Assembly: GCF_006345805.1 (NCBI RefSeq)
Contig: NC_043020.1
Coordinates: 8,308,001 to 8,372,000 of the forward strand
DNA: 64,000 bases
From: Octopus sinensis
Taxonomy: Eukaryota
Direction of reading: 5' to 3'
Shown here: positions 25,101 to 40,220 of the stretch, piece by piece
How the letters are laid out: each line of letters begins with the position of its first letter
How positions within the stretch are numbered: position 1 is the stretch's first letter
The notes under the pieces: model-generated
What the model saw: the letters and a program-made list of their open reading frames with translations, nothing else
What the model was told of the DNA's origin: nothing
Databases searched by the model: none
Translations under genes and position numbers: made by a program

Positions 25101-26557
25101 GAAACCAATATTATTTTCATCATCACCATCATCATCACAACTGTTGACATCAGTTCTCGTTATGCTAATAATTATCGTTATCAAAGACATCATCGTTGTC
25201 ATTAACCTGACCTGCTTCATCAGTTTAACCTTTGACCTTTTGTTTCCAGGTCAATATTTTCCTGTGAGGAATCTCCAGTAAACATACCTCGACAGATTCT
25301 GACCCAGCTGCAGTGGTTGGAGAACATTGTGAACATGACGGTAAGGTGTTGCATTGTGGGAACAATGGATCTGAGTCACGTCGGGAGCTTAATTGTTGAG
25401 TGAGAGAGAGAGAGTTCTTTTGGACTAAAATCTATGCAAAGAGTAATCATCATCATCATCATCATCGTTTAACGTCCGTTTTCCATGCTGGCATGGGTTG
25501 GACGGTTCAACTGGGGTCTGGGAAGCCAGGCCCAGTCTGATCTGGCAGTGTTTCTACAGCTGGATGCCCTTCCTAACGCCAACCACTCCGCGAGTGTAGT
25601 GGGTGCTTTTTATGTGCCACCTGCACAGGTGCCAGACGAGGCTGGCAAATGAAGCAATGTATTGTAACGGTGGGATTGTTATAACGGCTGATTGGGTGTC
25701 ACTTTTGTAATGTTGTGTATTATCTTATTCATGTGGTTTCTACTGGGATTGATAATAAATACATTTTATATCTTGAGTGAGAATCTATATTGATAAACCC
25801 ATGACTTATAACTTGATTATAAGTATTATCATCATCATCATCATCGTTTAGCGTCCGCTTTCAATGCTGGCATGGGTTGGACGGTTCAACTGGGGTCTGG
25901 GAAGCCAGAAGGCTGCACCAGGCCCAGTCTGATCTGGCAATGTTTCTACAGCTGGATGCCATTCCTAACACCAACCACTCCATGAGTGTAGTGGGTGTTT
26001 TTTACGTGCCAGACGAGGCTGGCAAACGGCCACGATCGGATGGTGCTTTTTACATGCCACTGGCACGGAGGCCAGGCGAGGCTAGCAAACGGCCGCGATC
26101 GGATGGTGCTTTTTACGTGCCACCGGCACGGAGGCCAGTCGGGACGGCGCTGGCAACGGCCACGTTCAGATGGTTCTCTTATGTGTCACCGGCACTGGTA
26201 TCACAGCTACAATTTCTATTGGTGTTGATAATTTTGATTTTGATTTATCACTAAACAAATCTCAACTCAAGCTATATAAACGCCATAGGGAAAAGTATAT
26301 ATATATCAAGACGCTTGAAAGGACATGTTGAATGTGCATGTATTTTACTCACATGTACTTATTTGTTTCAGTCATTTGACTGCGGCCATGCTGGAGCACT
26401 GCCTTTAGTCGAGCGAATCGACCCCAGGCCTTATTCTTTGTAAGCCTAGTACTTATTCTATCTGTTTCTTTTGCCAAACCGCTAAGTTACAGGGACGTAA
26501 ACATACCAGCATCGGTTGTCAAGCAATGTTGGGAGGACAAACACACACACATACACA

Positions 26558-26603
<46 letters not shown>

Positions 26604-27233
26604 AATATATGACAGGCTTCTTTCAGTTTGTCTACCAAATCCACTCACAAGGCTTTGGTTGGCCCGAGGCTATAGTAAAAGACAATTGCCCAAGGTGCCG
26701 TGCAGTGGGACTGAACCCATAACCATGAGGTTCATAAGGTAGCTACTTACCACACAGCCACTCTTTCGGTATCCTCAGCAGATTGCCAATTTACAATTAC
26801 TAAACCAAAAGGAGTTCTTTGTGTTGTCACAAACTATTTGTAATGCTTACGTCTGTCATTTGCCAGGCCCTCCGTGAGAAACTGATGGACGTCTTACAAG
26901 TGACCTCTTGTGAAATACAACGTGAAATCATTTCCTGTCTGCCAGAAATTATGGATGTCACTGAACATGTGAATATAATTACAGTACTGAAGTAAGTGTG
27001 TTCTTTCAACTTTGTAACTTATTGGTCTCTTTTACTTGTTTCAGTCATTTGACTGCGGCCATGCTGGAGCACCGCCTTTAGTCAAGCAAATCGACCCCGG
27101 GACTTATTCTTTGTAAGCCCGGTACTTATTCTATCGGTCTCTTTTGCTGAACCGCTAAGTGACGGGGACGTAAACACACCAGCATCGGTTGTCAAGCAAT
27201 GCTAGGGGGACAAACACAGACACATAAACATAT

Positions 27234-27266
<33 letters not shown>

Positions 27267-27801
27267 CGTATATACGACAGGCTTCTTTTCAGTTTCCGTC
27301 TACCAAATCCACTCACAAGGCATTGGTCGGCCTGAGACTATAGCAGAAGACACTTGCCCAAGATGCCACGCAGTGGGACTGAACCCGTAACCATGTGGTT
27401 GGTAAGCAAGTTACTTACCACACAGCCACTCCTGCGCCTGAGTTCACTAACCAATAATAATCTTTTGGTGAAGTCTTATTTTTTCTGTTTAACAATTGAA
27501 GTCCCCTAGAGCTTTCTCTATAATAAAAGGCATTTGTTTATATGTCCCTTTGCCCAAGGTGCCACACAGTGGGATTGAACTCAGTGAACACGTTAAATTA
27601 CTCTTTTACTTGTTTCAGTCATTTGACTGTGGCCATGCTGGAGCACCGCCTTTAATCGAGCAACTCGACCCCGGGACTTTATTCTTTTGTAAGTCCAGTA
27701 CTTATTCTATCGGTCTCTTTTGCCGAACCGCTAAGTAACGGGGACATAAACACACCAGCATCGGTTGTCAATCAATGCTAGGGGGACAAACACACACACG
27801 C

Positions 27802-27832
<31 letters not shown>

Positions 27833-28394
27833 GACGGGCTTCTTTCAGTTTCCATCTACCAAATCCACTCACAAGGCTTTGGTCGGCCCGAGGCTATAGT
27901 AAAAGACACTTGCCCAAGGTGCCACGCAGTGGGAATGAACCTGGAACCATGTGCTTGGTAAACAAGCTACTTACCACACAGCCACTCCTGCGCCAATATA
28001 AATTTTAATTATATTTGTTTTTCTCTAGAGATTTGCTGGAACAAGAGAAGTCCTTGACCGTTTCAATTCTGGATAATTTGTCTAATTTGGTGCTCAAAGA
28101 AGAACTATTGGCGGAGGTAAAACTTTGATGATAACTTTTTCATTTTTTTGGGTGGGGGAGTGTAGATTAATATGCCATTGAGGCGTTGTTTTACAATGAG
28201 ACACCCTTTCTAGTATTAACCCTTGCTGTTTTTCGAGTAAGGGATCTTTTATTCCGTATGGCTTGAATGGCATGAAATGAGCCGATATTGACTGGAGAAA
28301 TGGTAGCAACACCACCACCACCACTTGAAGATCATAACTTTCATATGAGCAAGTGCAGGTGTAAACAGTCACACACATGCATATATGCACATGT

Positions 28395-28435
<41 letters not shown>

Positions 28436-31400
28436 ACATGCATATATGTTCTACTTTTTACTTGTTTGTCATTTGACTGCGGCCATGCTGGAGCACCGCC
28501 TTTAGTCGAGCAAACCGATCTCAGGACTTATTCTTTGTAAGCCTAGTATTTATTCTATCAGCCTCTTTTGCTGAACCACTAAGTTACAGGGACGTAAACA
28601 CACCAGCATGTATATATGTCTATATATAATATTTTGGAGTAATGGGTATATAATGATTAGTGTGTTGAAGTGTTGAGTAGAGCACCGGCACGGTTTGGGC
28701 TACCTGGCGTCATCTGCAGTCTGGGTGTATTACCGTTGGATCTCCTTCAGGAATGCCACATTGTTATTTGATATAAAGATGATAATCTATTAAGTAATGA
28801 GAAGGTGGATTTGGTATTAATCTTTATTTTGTACAACAGTTGTTTCGAACCAGCCTGCTACTGTCCCTTATGGGTGGTACCCTGTTCAACATGTGTCTAT
28901 TTTGCAGTTTGGATCTTATCAGGTACATCCATACATAAAGTTGTGTCTCGCTAAAGATCCTGGCTTTTGGCTGTCATGTTGTTATGGAAGCACTCCGTCA
29001 GTTACGACGACGAGGGTTCCGGTTGATCCGAATCAACGGAACAGCCTGCTCGTGAAATTAACGTGTAAGTGGCTGAGCACTCCACAGACACGTGTACCCT
29101 TAACGTAGTTCTCGAGGATATTCAGCGTGACACAGAGAGTGACAAGGCCGGCCCTTTGAAATACAGGTACAACAGAAACAGGAAGTAAGAGTGAGAGAAA
29201 GTTGTGGTGAAAGAGTACAGCAGGGATCACCACCATCCCCTGCCGGAGCCTCGTGGAGCTTTAGGTGTTTTCGCTCAATAAACACTCACAACGCCCGGTC
29301 TGGGAATCGAAACCGCGATCCTATGACCGCGAGTCCGCTGCCCTAACCACTGGGCCATTGCGCCTCCACATGTTGTTATATATCCATCTGGTTAGGGAAT
29401 GTGTGTGTGTGTGGCATGTGGATAAGGGGTTAGAGTGTTCAGCTCAAGGTTGTAAGGTTGTCAATTCGATTTCCAGCAAAGCATTGTGTCCTTGAGCAAG
29501 ACACTTTACTTCACGTTGCTCATGTCCACTCAGTCGGCAAAAATGAGTTGTACCTGTATTTCAAAGGTATATATACATTGTCAAGAAGGACAAAATACTA
29601 CAAATCATTTTACCCAGCATGCTAACAATTCTGCCAGCTCACTGCCTTATAGATATAAAAATATTAATGAAGTGGAGCAAGAACACACATGAAAACAAAA
29701 AGTGTTGCTGAAGAGGTCACAGATGTGTGACGAAAGATTTCCAGACAATGGACATGAGTTAAAATAATAAAATAAGAACAGTAATAAACGAGTGAAGAAA
29801 AAGAAATATATATATAGTGCGTGTGTTTATTTACTCTTTTACATGTTTCAGTCATTTGACTGTGGCCATGCTGGAGCACCGCCTTTAGTCAAGCAAATCG
29901 ACCCCAGGACTTATACTTTGTAAGCCTAGTACTTATTCTATCAGTCTCTTTTGCCGAACCGCTAAGTTACGGGGACGTAAACACACCAGCATTGGTTGTC
30001 AAGCGATGTTGGGGAGACAAACACATACACATATATATATATACATATATACGACAGGCTTCTTTCAGTTTCCGTCTACCAAATCCACTCAAAAGGCTTT
30101 GGTCGGCACGAGGCTATAGTAGAAGACACTTGCCCAAGGTGCCACGCAGTGGGACTGAACCCGGAACCATGTGGTTGGTAAGCAAGCTACTTACCACACA
30201 GCCACTCCTGGCAATAAAAAAAAATTAATCTTGAAATACAGCAATATTAACTTATTGTTTATATTATATTTTGTCTCGTTAAATATTATCGTGTTAATTA
30301 TTTCCTTTGTTTATTATCCCCAGGTATTGACATCTGTTTTACAAATATTGCCGTCTTGTGAGCTTGATGACCTCCCAGTTGTGGTCAAGTTTATCTTGCA
30401 GTCAGTCCAAAGCAAGGATGCACTGTCGGTAAGTCATTACCTCCACCTTCACACACACACACACACATGCATGTATACACACACATACTCTTGTTACCAA
30501 CAGCAACTCCCTTTCATGGGAGCCTCTTGGGCATTTGAGAGAATCTATTTTTCATGCGCTGTTAGTGTTTATTGCTCATGTACATCGACCACTTTGTGGT
30601 CTGCTTTTCCTGTTAACCTTCTCGTGATTCCGTTACACCTTTTGTGTGTCTAGAATTTTGTATTGTGTATACCACATCACCTGGCATCAAGCCACCTTCC
30701 TCAATACTGTTCCCTTCTCAGTTGAGGGGCCTTGTCTTGTAAGTTACCTGGCAACCTTACTAATACAGGTACCACTTAAAAAGTACCCACTATACTCTGT
30801 TAGCAGGTATATATTAGAGTTAAAAAAGGACAACAAAAACCAAGTCATTTTATATAATAAAACAGAGTTTGTGTTTGTGCGTATGTTCCTTATGGATTCG
30901 AAAACTAAGTTGCTGAATTTGACATATGAGGTATGAAAAGATTCAGTAATCTTTTGACTACCAACTAAAGTATGTTTTTGGCACAACACTTTTTTACTAA
31001 AAAAAATAACCTCAAAAATGAGGTCGGGTCACACAATTTTGAGGTCTTTAGCTAAGGAAGGCAACTCTGCCTGAACAAGTAGACTGAGATGTACATACAC
31101 TGTTATTGTATAGAGTGGAAGTTGAATATAAAGTTTTGAACTCATTATCTTGTGGTTAGTAATCCATTACCTTGGATTTGAAGCCATTAAGTCTTTAAGC
31201 ATTATTTTACTGGGTTTAACCTTTCGACTTTCGCCATGATGGGGTATCACCTTCCAACATTTAATTGATCATAATGACCTCCGTATGTATTTCAATCTGG
31301 CATTTATTTTATAGATCTCTGCTTGATGAACTGCTAACTTTGAGACATAGTGGGAACACAATACTCAATTTAACAACAATTACAAACACACACACACACA

Positions 31401-34400
31401 TTACATGCAAGAATGATTGTGTGGTTGAGAAGTTTGCTTCCCAACCACATGGTTCCATGTTCAGTCCCTCTGCACGGTACCTTGGGCAAGTGTTTTTTAC
31501 TATAGCCCTAGGCCAACCACAGACTTGTGACTGAACTTGGTATTCAGAAACTGCAGCGTTGTTCTTCAGAAGATGACTGAAGAACATTTTTATAAAGAGG
31601 AGTGTGTGTGTGTGTGTGTGTGAATCTGTATGTTTTATGTGAATGTGCAACTGTTTGCATGTTAATACATGTGTGTGTATGTGTGCATCTATGTATATGA
31701 ATCTATATGTGTATGAGTTTGTAACTGTCTATATTTATTGTATGGTTGCTTCTAAATGTGTGTCTATGGAATGTAATTTCTATGATGATGATGATGATGA
31801 TGATGATAATAATAATGTTTGTCTATTCCTCCCTTCTTCAGGTATTCACTGAAATGAGGAATTACTTGCAGTTTGACTCCCTGGTGCCAATAGCTTCCTC
31901 GACTCCTCTTCCTGGACCATCAACTAGCAGGTAGGTTGCCATGGTAACCACTCCATTAGTAGGCCTGGTGGTCGTGATGTCATGTCAGCTGTGGCAGTGG
32001 GGTGATGGTGGCGGCTGTGTGTGTGGGGGGGTGTAGCTGTAGAAGATGTGTTATTTCCATGTCAGTCACAACAAAGCTCTCTCTCTCTCTCGTTTTAAAA
32101 GGTTTTTCACTTTTTAATCAAGGTGGATTGTGGAAGCACTCCGTCGGTACGACGACAAGGGTTCCGGTTGATCCGAATCAACGGAACAGCCTGCTCATGA
32201 AATTAACGTGTAAGTGACTGAGCACTCCACAGACACGTGTACCCTTAACGTAGTTCTCGGGGGATATTCAGCGTGACACAGAGAGTGACAAGGCCGGCCC
32301 TTTGAAATACAGGTACAACAGAAACAGGAAGTAAGAGTGAGAGAAAGTTGTGGTGAAAGAGTACAGCAGGGATCACCACCAACCCCTGTCGGAGCCTCGT
32401 GGAGCTTTAGATGTTTTCGCTCAATAAACACTCACAACGCCCGGTCTGGGAATCGAAACCGCGATCCTATGACTGCGAGTCCGCTGCCCTAACCACTGGG
32501 CCATTGCGACTCCACTTAAGCAAGGTACCTTTATCATTGAAAGTGATGTTATCATCATCATCACCCTCATCATCAAATGTCCAAAGACTATATCTTTCGG
32601 CAAGGTTTCTAAGGCTCGATGCTCTTCCTAACGTCAACCCCTTTACAACATGGACTGGGTGCTTTTTTTGTTTGTGCCACCAGCATTTGTGAGGATTACA
32701 AGCCTTGGGTTTGGTGGTGGGGGTCAGCTTCATGGCAAGGAATAAGGGGATTACTATGAGAGAAGGGGGCAGTCCAAGCTACTGTAGAAGGACCTGCATG
32801 GCTACTCAAAAAGGGTTGGTGGGTGATCAGTAGGGACTGCAAGACAGAGATGATGGCAGTAAGGTGCATGGGTAGCCCCACAAGGGCACTAGCTGAGTAG
32901 AAGTAGGTGGGTGGTTTTTTTTCAGATTTTATGGGAAGGTGAATGACAGGTGGGGGTTGGGGGTCAGACTGCCTAATTGGCTAAGGGTGAAAGGAGGATG
33001 AAAAGAGTGGGAGCGGTGCAAGTGAAAAAAGGTGACAGTAAAGTTCCATTCTTGAGTCATGCCAACTCCTAAGGGGCCAGTTTCCATGGTGTATAAATCC
33101 CACACCTGGACGGGACGCCAGTCCATTGCAGCGTTACTCATTTTTGCCAGCTTAGTGGACTGGAGCAACATGAAATGAAGTGTTTTGCTCAAGGACTCAA
33201 CGCGTTGCCCGGTCCAGGAATCGAAACCACAATCTTACAATCACGAGTCCAACACCCCTAGCCACTAAACCACACATCTCTACTGGTGGTGCAAGTAGCA
33301 GGATTTGTAAAGATGATACAGCTGCTGGTGGCAGCAGGGATGAGGTAGACGTAGTGCACGAGAGGAGGGAGGAGACACTGTCATGGGCAGAGGACCCTGA
33401 TTATACCACTTCCAGAATTCAGTCTTGTTGAGGAGGATGAGTCTTTTTAAGGATCACCATCAAATATTACCCACCATGACCACCACTGCTGCATCATCAA
33501 CTAAAAGCCTCCAAACAGTATTATTGCTACCATCAGGGCAGTGAGCTGAAAGAATCGTTAGCCCACGGGGCAGTGAGCTGGAAGAATCGTTAGCCCACGG
33601 GGCAGTGAGATGGAAGAATCGTTAGCCCACGGGGCAGTGAGCTGGAAGAATCGTTAGCCCACGGGGCAGTGAGCTGGAAGAATCGTTAGCCCACGGGGCA
33701 GTGAGCTGAAAGAATCGTTAGCCCACGGGGCAGTGAGCTGGAAGAATCGTTAGCCCACGGGGCAGTGAGATGGAAGAATCGTTAGCCCACGGGGCAGTGA
33801 GATGGAAGAATCGTTAGCCCACGGGGCAGTGAGATGGAAGAATCGTTAGCCCACGGGGCAGTGAGCTGGAAGAATCCTTAGCCCACGGGGCAGTGAGATG
33901 GAAGAATCGTTAGCCCACGGGGCAGTGAGATGGAAGAATCGTTAGCCCACGGGGCAGTGAGCTGGAAGAATCGTTAGCCCACGGGGCAGTGAGCTGGAAG
34001 AATCGTTAGCCCACGGGGCAGTGAGCTGAAAGAATCGTTAGCCCACGGGGCAGTGAGCTGGAAGAATCGTTAGCCGACGGGGCAGTGAGCTGGAAGAATC
34101 GTTAGCCCACGGGGCAGTGAGCTGGAAGAATCGTTAGCCCACCGGGCAGTGAACTGGAAGAATTGTTAGCCCACGGGGCAGTGAGCTGGAAGAATTGTTA
34201 GCCCACGGGGCAGTGAGCTGAAAGAATCGTTAGCCCATGGAGCAGTGAGCTGAAAGAATCGTTAGCCCACGGGGCAGTGAGCTGAAAGAATCGTTAGCCC
34301 ACGGGGCAGTGAGCTGGAAGAATCGTTAGCCCATGGGGCAGTGATGGTTTTGTGGCATTTCATCCATCTTTACATCCTGAGTTCAAATTCTGCTGTGGTC

Positions 34401-35189
34401 AACTTTATCTTTTCTCCTTTGAAGGTCATTAAAGTAACAGTTGATCATTGGGCTCAATGAAATCTACTTACCCTTTCCCCTGAAATTGCTGGCCTTGTGC
34501 CAGAATTTGAAATCACTATTAGTGATACCAACACCATCATTTTCGTAGGCACGTGGCTGAGTGGTTAGGGTGTTAGACTCATTATTGTAAGGTTGTTGTT
34601 TGGATCCCTGGACTGGGTGACACATTGTTTTCTTGAGCAAGACACTTCATTTCGTGTTGCTCCATCCACTCAACTAACAAAACTGAGTAACCGTATGATG
34701 GACTGGCGTCCCCTCCATCTGGGGAATGAAGCCGGGAAAGCAGCCCTTATGAGTCAGGCATGACTCAGGAAAGGAACTTACTTTACCATCGTCTTCATAG
34801 AGAGAAAGAAGGAAAGATAGAAATGTCTGTATGTGTGAATGTGAGTAAAGCGGTTCGGCAAAAAGAGACCGATAGAATAAGTACTGGGCTTACAAAGAAT
34901 AAGTCCCGGGGTCGATTTGCTCGACTAAAGGCAGTGCTCCAGCATGGCCGCAGTCAAGTGACTGAAACAAGTAAAAGAAAAAAAAAATAATAATAAGTCT
35001 GACAAAATGTATTTTGTTCCACTTACAATTGTTTGATTAAATATCTTGACTCTTTGATTTCTTTATTTTAAGGGGTTTGACAAGGTTTTTTTGAACCCCT
35101 TGCCTTCATGTATATTATGTGTGTGTACATGCACACACCCACATTCTCTCTGTCTCTCTCTCACACACATTCTCTCTGTGTCTCTCACA

Positions 35190-35229
<40 letters not shown>

Positions 35230-35234
35230 ACTCA

Positions 35235-35273
<39 letters not shown>

Positions 35274-35630
35274 ACCCTCTGCAGTGTTGTGGACTTTCTG
35301 TTTCAGAGCTGCTCCTGCACCTGAGAAGTCCACTGCCAATTCAGAGCTGCTGGTTATGAGATCAATTAACTCCTGTCTCCAGTTTGAGAAGTCACTGGCT
35401 GCTCCCTGCATAAAGGTCTGTGTTCTCTCTTTCTTCTTTCTGATGTACATGATCCCCCCCCACACACACACACCCGCCTCATTATCCTAACTTTTACTCT
35501 GCTTAATCTCAATGGTCAATTTGGCTGTGTCACTGTGACATTGTCATCTGGGATGACAAGGTAAGGAAGTTGTTTAAAGAGTGCAACCTGATCATCTCTG
35601 TCCCTCTCTCCCCCTATATATATATGTGTG

Positions 35631-35670
<40 letters not shown>

Positions 35671-36744
35671 TAATACAAAATAAGAAAATAGAGAAATACA
35701 CCTTAATCAATAATCAACTACCAGATAATACCCAATCACATAATTTATTAACCCACTAGCTGAAACAGCTGTAAGTTGTAGTTTATAGTTATATTTATAT
35801 TTATACATATTGTACTTATTGTATCATATTACTCATTGATGTGCATTGTTTTGTTCTGTACTATTATGTTTGACCTTGATGTTCATATGTGGTGCTTATT
35901 TTGAATATATATATATATATGTAGACCTATCAAGCCGAGCAAAATCACAGTCATGGCAGATACTGGTGTCATGCAAATGGCACCCGTGCCGGTGGCATGT
36001 AAAAGCACCCATTACACTCTCAGAGCAGTTGGTGTTAGGAAGGGCAACCAGCCGCAGAAAGCCATGCCAAATCAGAATGGATCCTGGCACAGCCTTCCAA
36101 TGTGCCAGCCCAGTTAAACCATCCAACCCCTGCCAGCATGGACAACGGACGTTAAATGATGATGATGATGATAACTTTTCTTTCTTCTGTCTCCCTCTTT
36201 CTCTCCATCTCATTCTCTCTTTTTGTTTCTCTGTTTGTCCATTTTGCTTTTCCTTTTCCTTTTCTCCCCGTCTGACCTCCCATCCGTTCCTCTCCCCCAC
36301 AGATGATCGAACAGATCCATGGAGGCAGCAACCACCAAGTCTTGGACCTGTTGCTCCTCTTCCTGCTTCACTCTCTCAACCACACCAAAGCCGTGGAGAG
36401 TCTGTTCCGCAACAAGATCCGAGCTGGAGACTTCACACTAAAACTCCTCAATTCGGCCTTCCTGCAGCACTCGGTTGTGATGCAGGAGTACTTTACCAGC
36501 ATCCAGTCCCTGTGTGTCACCTTCATCTCTTCACCTGAGTCATCCATCTCGCATTTTGCTAGTGTCATGTACCATCTGGCATTCCAGGTGTTTGATCGCT
36601 TCTGTCAACAGGTAAGTAGTGGATCTGTGTTGTATATATAAGTTGGGGGCGGGGGTATGTGTGAGTATACATGTGTACACGTTTGTATATGTATTGTGGG
36701 GGGAAATATTTGTGTGTGTATGTGTGTATGCATATATTTGTGCA

Positions 36745-36786
<42 letters not shown>

Positions 36787-37881
36787 ATAACAATTTAATA
36801 AATGAAACATATACATACATATATGTACATACCTACATCTATATGTATATATACATGCATATATGAGTACAAGACACCACAAATATAGAACACAACGAGA
36901 AACGAAAACATAAAATCAAACAAGGAAACAGACTTTTTTTAACAACGAAAAAACAGAGTACAAGACAAACAATACAAGGAATAATATACATATATATATA
37001 TATATAATATATATATATATATATTATATATATATATATTATATATATATATATCATCATCATCGTCGTCATCATCGTCGTTTAACGTCCGTTCTCCATG
37101 CTAGCATGGGTTGGACGGTTCGACCGGGGTTCTGGGAAGCCAGAAGGCTGCACCAGGCTCCAGTCTAATTTGGCAATGTTTCTACAGCTGGATGCCCTTC
37201 CTAACGCCAACCACTCCGTGAGTGTAGTGGGTGCTTTTTACGTGCCACCTGCACAGGTGCCAGGCGGGGCTGGCAACGGCCACGGTCAGATTGGTGTATT
37301 TTATGTGCCACCGGCACGGAAGCCAGTCGAGGCGGTGCTGGCATCGGCCATGATATATATAAAATACAAAATGAGACAAGAGCACAAAACATCCGGAGAA
37401 CTAGGTGATACAAAAAGGGACAACAAAACATCCAGACAGACGATACAAAAAAAACAAAACAAGGGCGGGTCATTTGAAGCCCTCTATCCTCAGTTAAACA
37501 CCAGATCATTGTCACAATTTTACCTGATTATTCTTGAGATTGCTCCAATCTGGCCAGCCCCAAGGAAAAACTAAGAAAGCAGCAAATGTATAAATAAACA
37601 AGGATGTACATACATACCTTTTGAAGATAATGTTACTCGGATGTTCGTGTACCCAGGTTTCAGAACACTGGTCCTTTGGGCCTCAATTTCTCATCAGCAT
37701 GATTTACCAAGACAAAAATTCAAAACACATCACATCTGAATTCTGTCTGTGTTCTGATTTGTTTGTACCAAGACCAGAAGTGCCTCAGTGTAAATACTCA
37801 TTATTAATTAATATATATTTCTATATTATGTGTGGGTGTAGTTATCTTTGTATATGATTCTGTATAATCTTACACCTGTGT

Positions 37882-37915
<34 letters not shown>

Positions 37916-40179
37916 GTAATATGTCCTTGTATCTTTTGTCAGGAAATCATTGACAATTTGATCACCCACATTGGTTCTGGAATGCCATCAGAAGTTGATA
38001 TGGCTCTCAATATTCTTATGAATCTGGCTGACACCTGTCTAAACTTGATCTCTCCTTTTGCCATCTTTATTAAGGTTTGTCTTGCCTTTTTTTTATATAT
38101 ATATCTGTTTAAAACTTGTTCATTTTCTGTATGTTTTTAACCCTTTCAATACTGTATTTATTTTGAGATGCTCTGTGTTTCTTTCAATTAATTTTAAATA
38201 TAACAAAGAATTAGGTAAAATTACTTAGTTATCATTAACTTTGTAAAGGTTCAGGTACAAGATTTTTTTTTTTGCATCTCTTTATTACTCTTTTACTCTT
38301 TTACTTGTTTCAGTCATTTGACTGCGGCCATGCTGGAGCACCGCCTTTAGTCGAGCAGATCGACCCCGGGACTTATTCTTTGTAAGCCCAGTACTTATTC
38401 TATCGGTCTCTTTTGCCGAACCGCTAAGTGACGGGGACATAAACACACCAGCATCGGTTGTCAAGCAATGCTAGGGGGACAAACACAGACACACAAATAC
38501 ACACACACATACATATATACATATATACGACAGGCTTCTTTCAGTTTCCGTCTACCAAATCCACTCACAAGGCAAAGGTCGGCATGAGGCTATAGCAGAA
38601 GACACTTGCCCAAGATGCCACGCAGTGGGACTGAACCCGGAACCATGTGGTTGGTAAACAAGCTACTTACCACACAGCCACTCCTGCACCTTGTTAATTT
38701 TTATTTCTTCTTCCACCAGGGTCTTCTTGACTATTTTGACAAACTACGTCTCTCTCAAATTCGGAAGCTGTATTCAATCATCAGCCAATTAGCTTTCCAT
38801 AGTGACCATGATGGCGGACACACAAAAGTAAGTTCCTATGTTCTTATAAATTCAAAATATGTCTAGTCTTGTTATGGAATGAGCTGCAGGACGTTAACCC
38901 TTTTATTACCATATTTATTTTGAGATGCTCTGTGTTTCTTTCAATTAATTTCAAATATAACAAAGAATTTAGTACAGTAACTGAGTTATCATTAAGCTAG
39001 AGTTAGGAACATAAATTGTGACTAAGGTTTGGTGGAAGATTTTAATTCAGAACTTATGAAAACAAGACATTTGTACTACAGAGCCAGAACTGGTTTCAGC
39101 CAGGTTGGTAACAAAAGGGTTAAAACAATAAGATTTTTGGAAGGGTGTTTGAATACAAACTGAAAATTGGTTATGATTCCTGTAGCATTTTGGCTCTTTT
39201 AACAGATTGACTGATATCGGTCACATTGTTCCCCATCTGACACTACCATATTTATTTCAGTAGGGTGCACATTCCTGTACACTGTGTCTCGCACATTGTA
39301 GGTAATGAAATTTTAGAAAAAGAAATATTTCATGCATATCATCATCATCATCATCATCAACTATTCTACCTGTTTTATGTTCAAACTGGCCAGATCCAGC
39401 CTCTCGCACCTACCCTACAATGTCATTCTGGAAGTAAACAGTCAAATCATTGAAATAAACACACCAACATCTGTTGTCAAGTGATGGCGGGGGACAAACA
39501 CAGACACATAGATACACGTGGACATGCCTACAAAGTCAGAAAACAACACATCTCCCATGACTTTCGGAAACATTTTTTCACGCTCAGAGTTGCTGAAGCA
39601 TGGAATAAACTGCCTGCGTCAGTTGTTGACTGCCATGACACTGCATCCTTTAAGGCCCTCATGCTTTCCAAAATCCGCCGAAACTACACCTGATTATATA
39701 TACACTTTAGATGAGTTGTAGTGCACCTGAGCACTGTACACAATTATTATTATATATAAATATATGACAGTCTTCTTTGTTTCCGTCCACCAAATCCTCT
39801 TACAATACTTTAGTCAGCCTGAGGCTATAATAGAAGACATTTGCCCAAGGTACCACACTGGGATTGAACCCAGAACCATGTAGTTGGGAAGCCAACTTAT
39901 TACCACACAGCAATGCCTACTCCTATATGTTCATATATATACACCCATACACATATTCTTTATTAATACTGATGGTCCCATTCACACTCTCTCTTTTAGT
40001 TGTTTCAGTCATTTGACTGCGGCCATGCTGGAGCACCGCCTTTAGTCGAGCAAATCGACCCCGGGACTTATTCTTTTGTAAGCCCAGTACTTATTCTATC
40101 GGTCTCTTTTTGCCGAACCGCTAAGTGACGGGGACGTAAACACACCAGCATCGGCTGTCAAGCAATGCTAGGGGGACAA

Positions 40180-40220
<41 letters not shown>

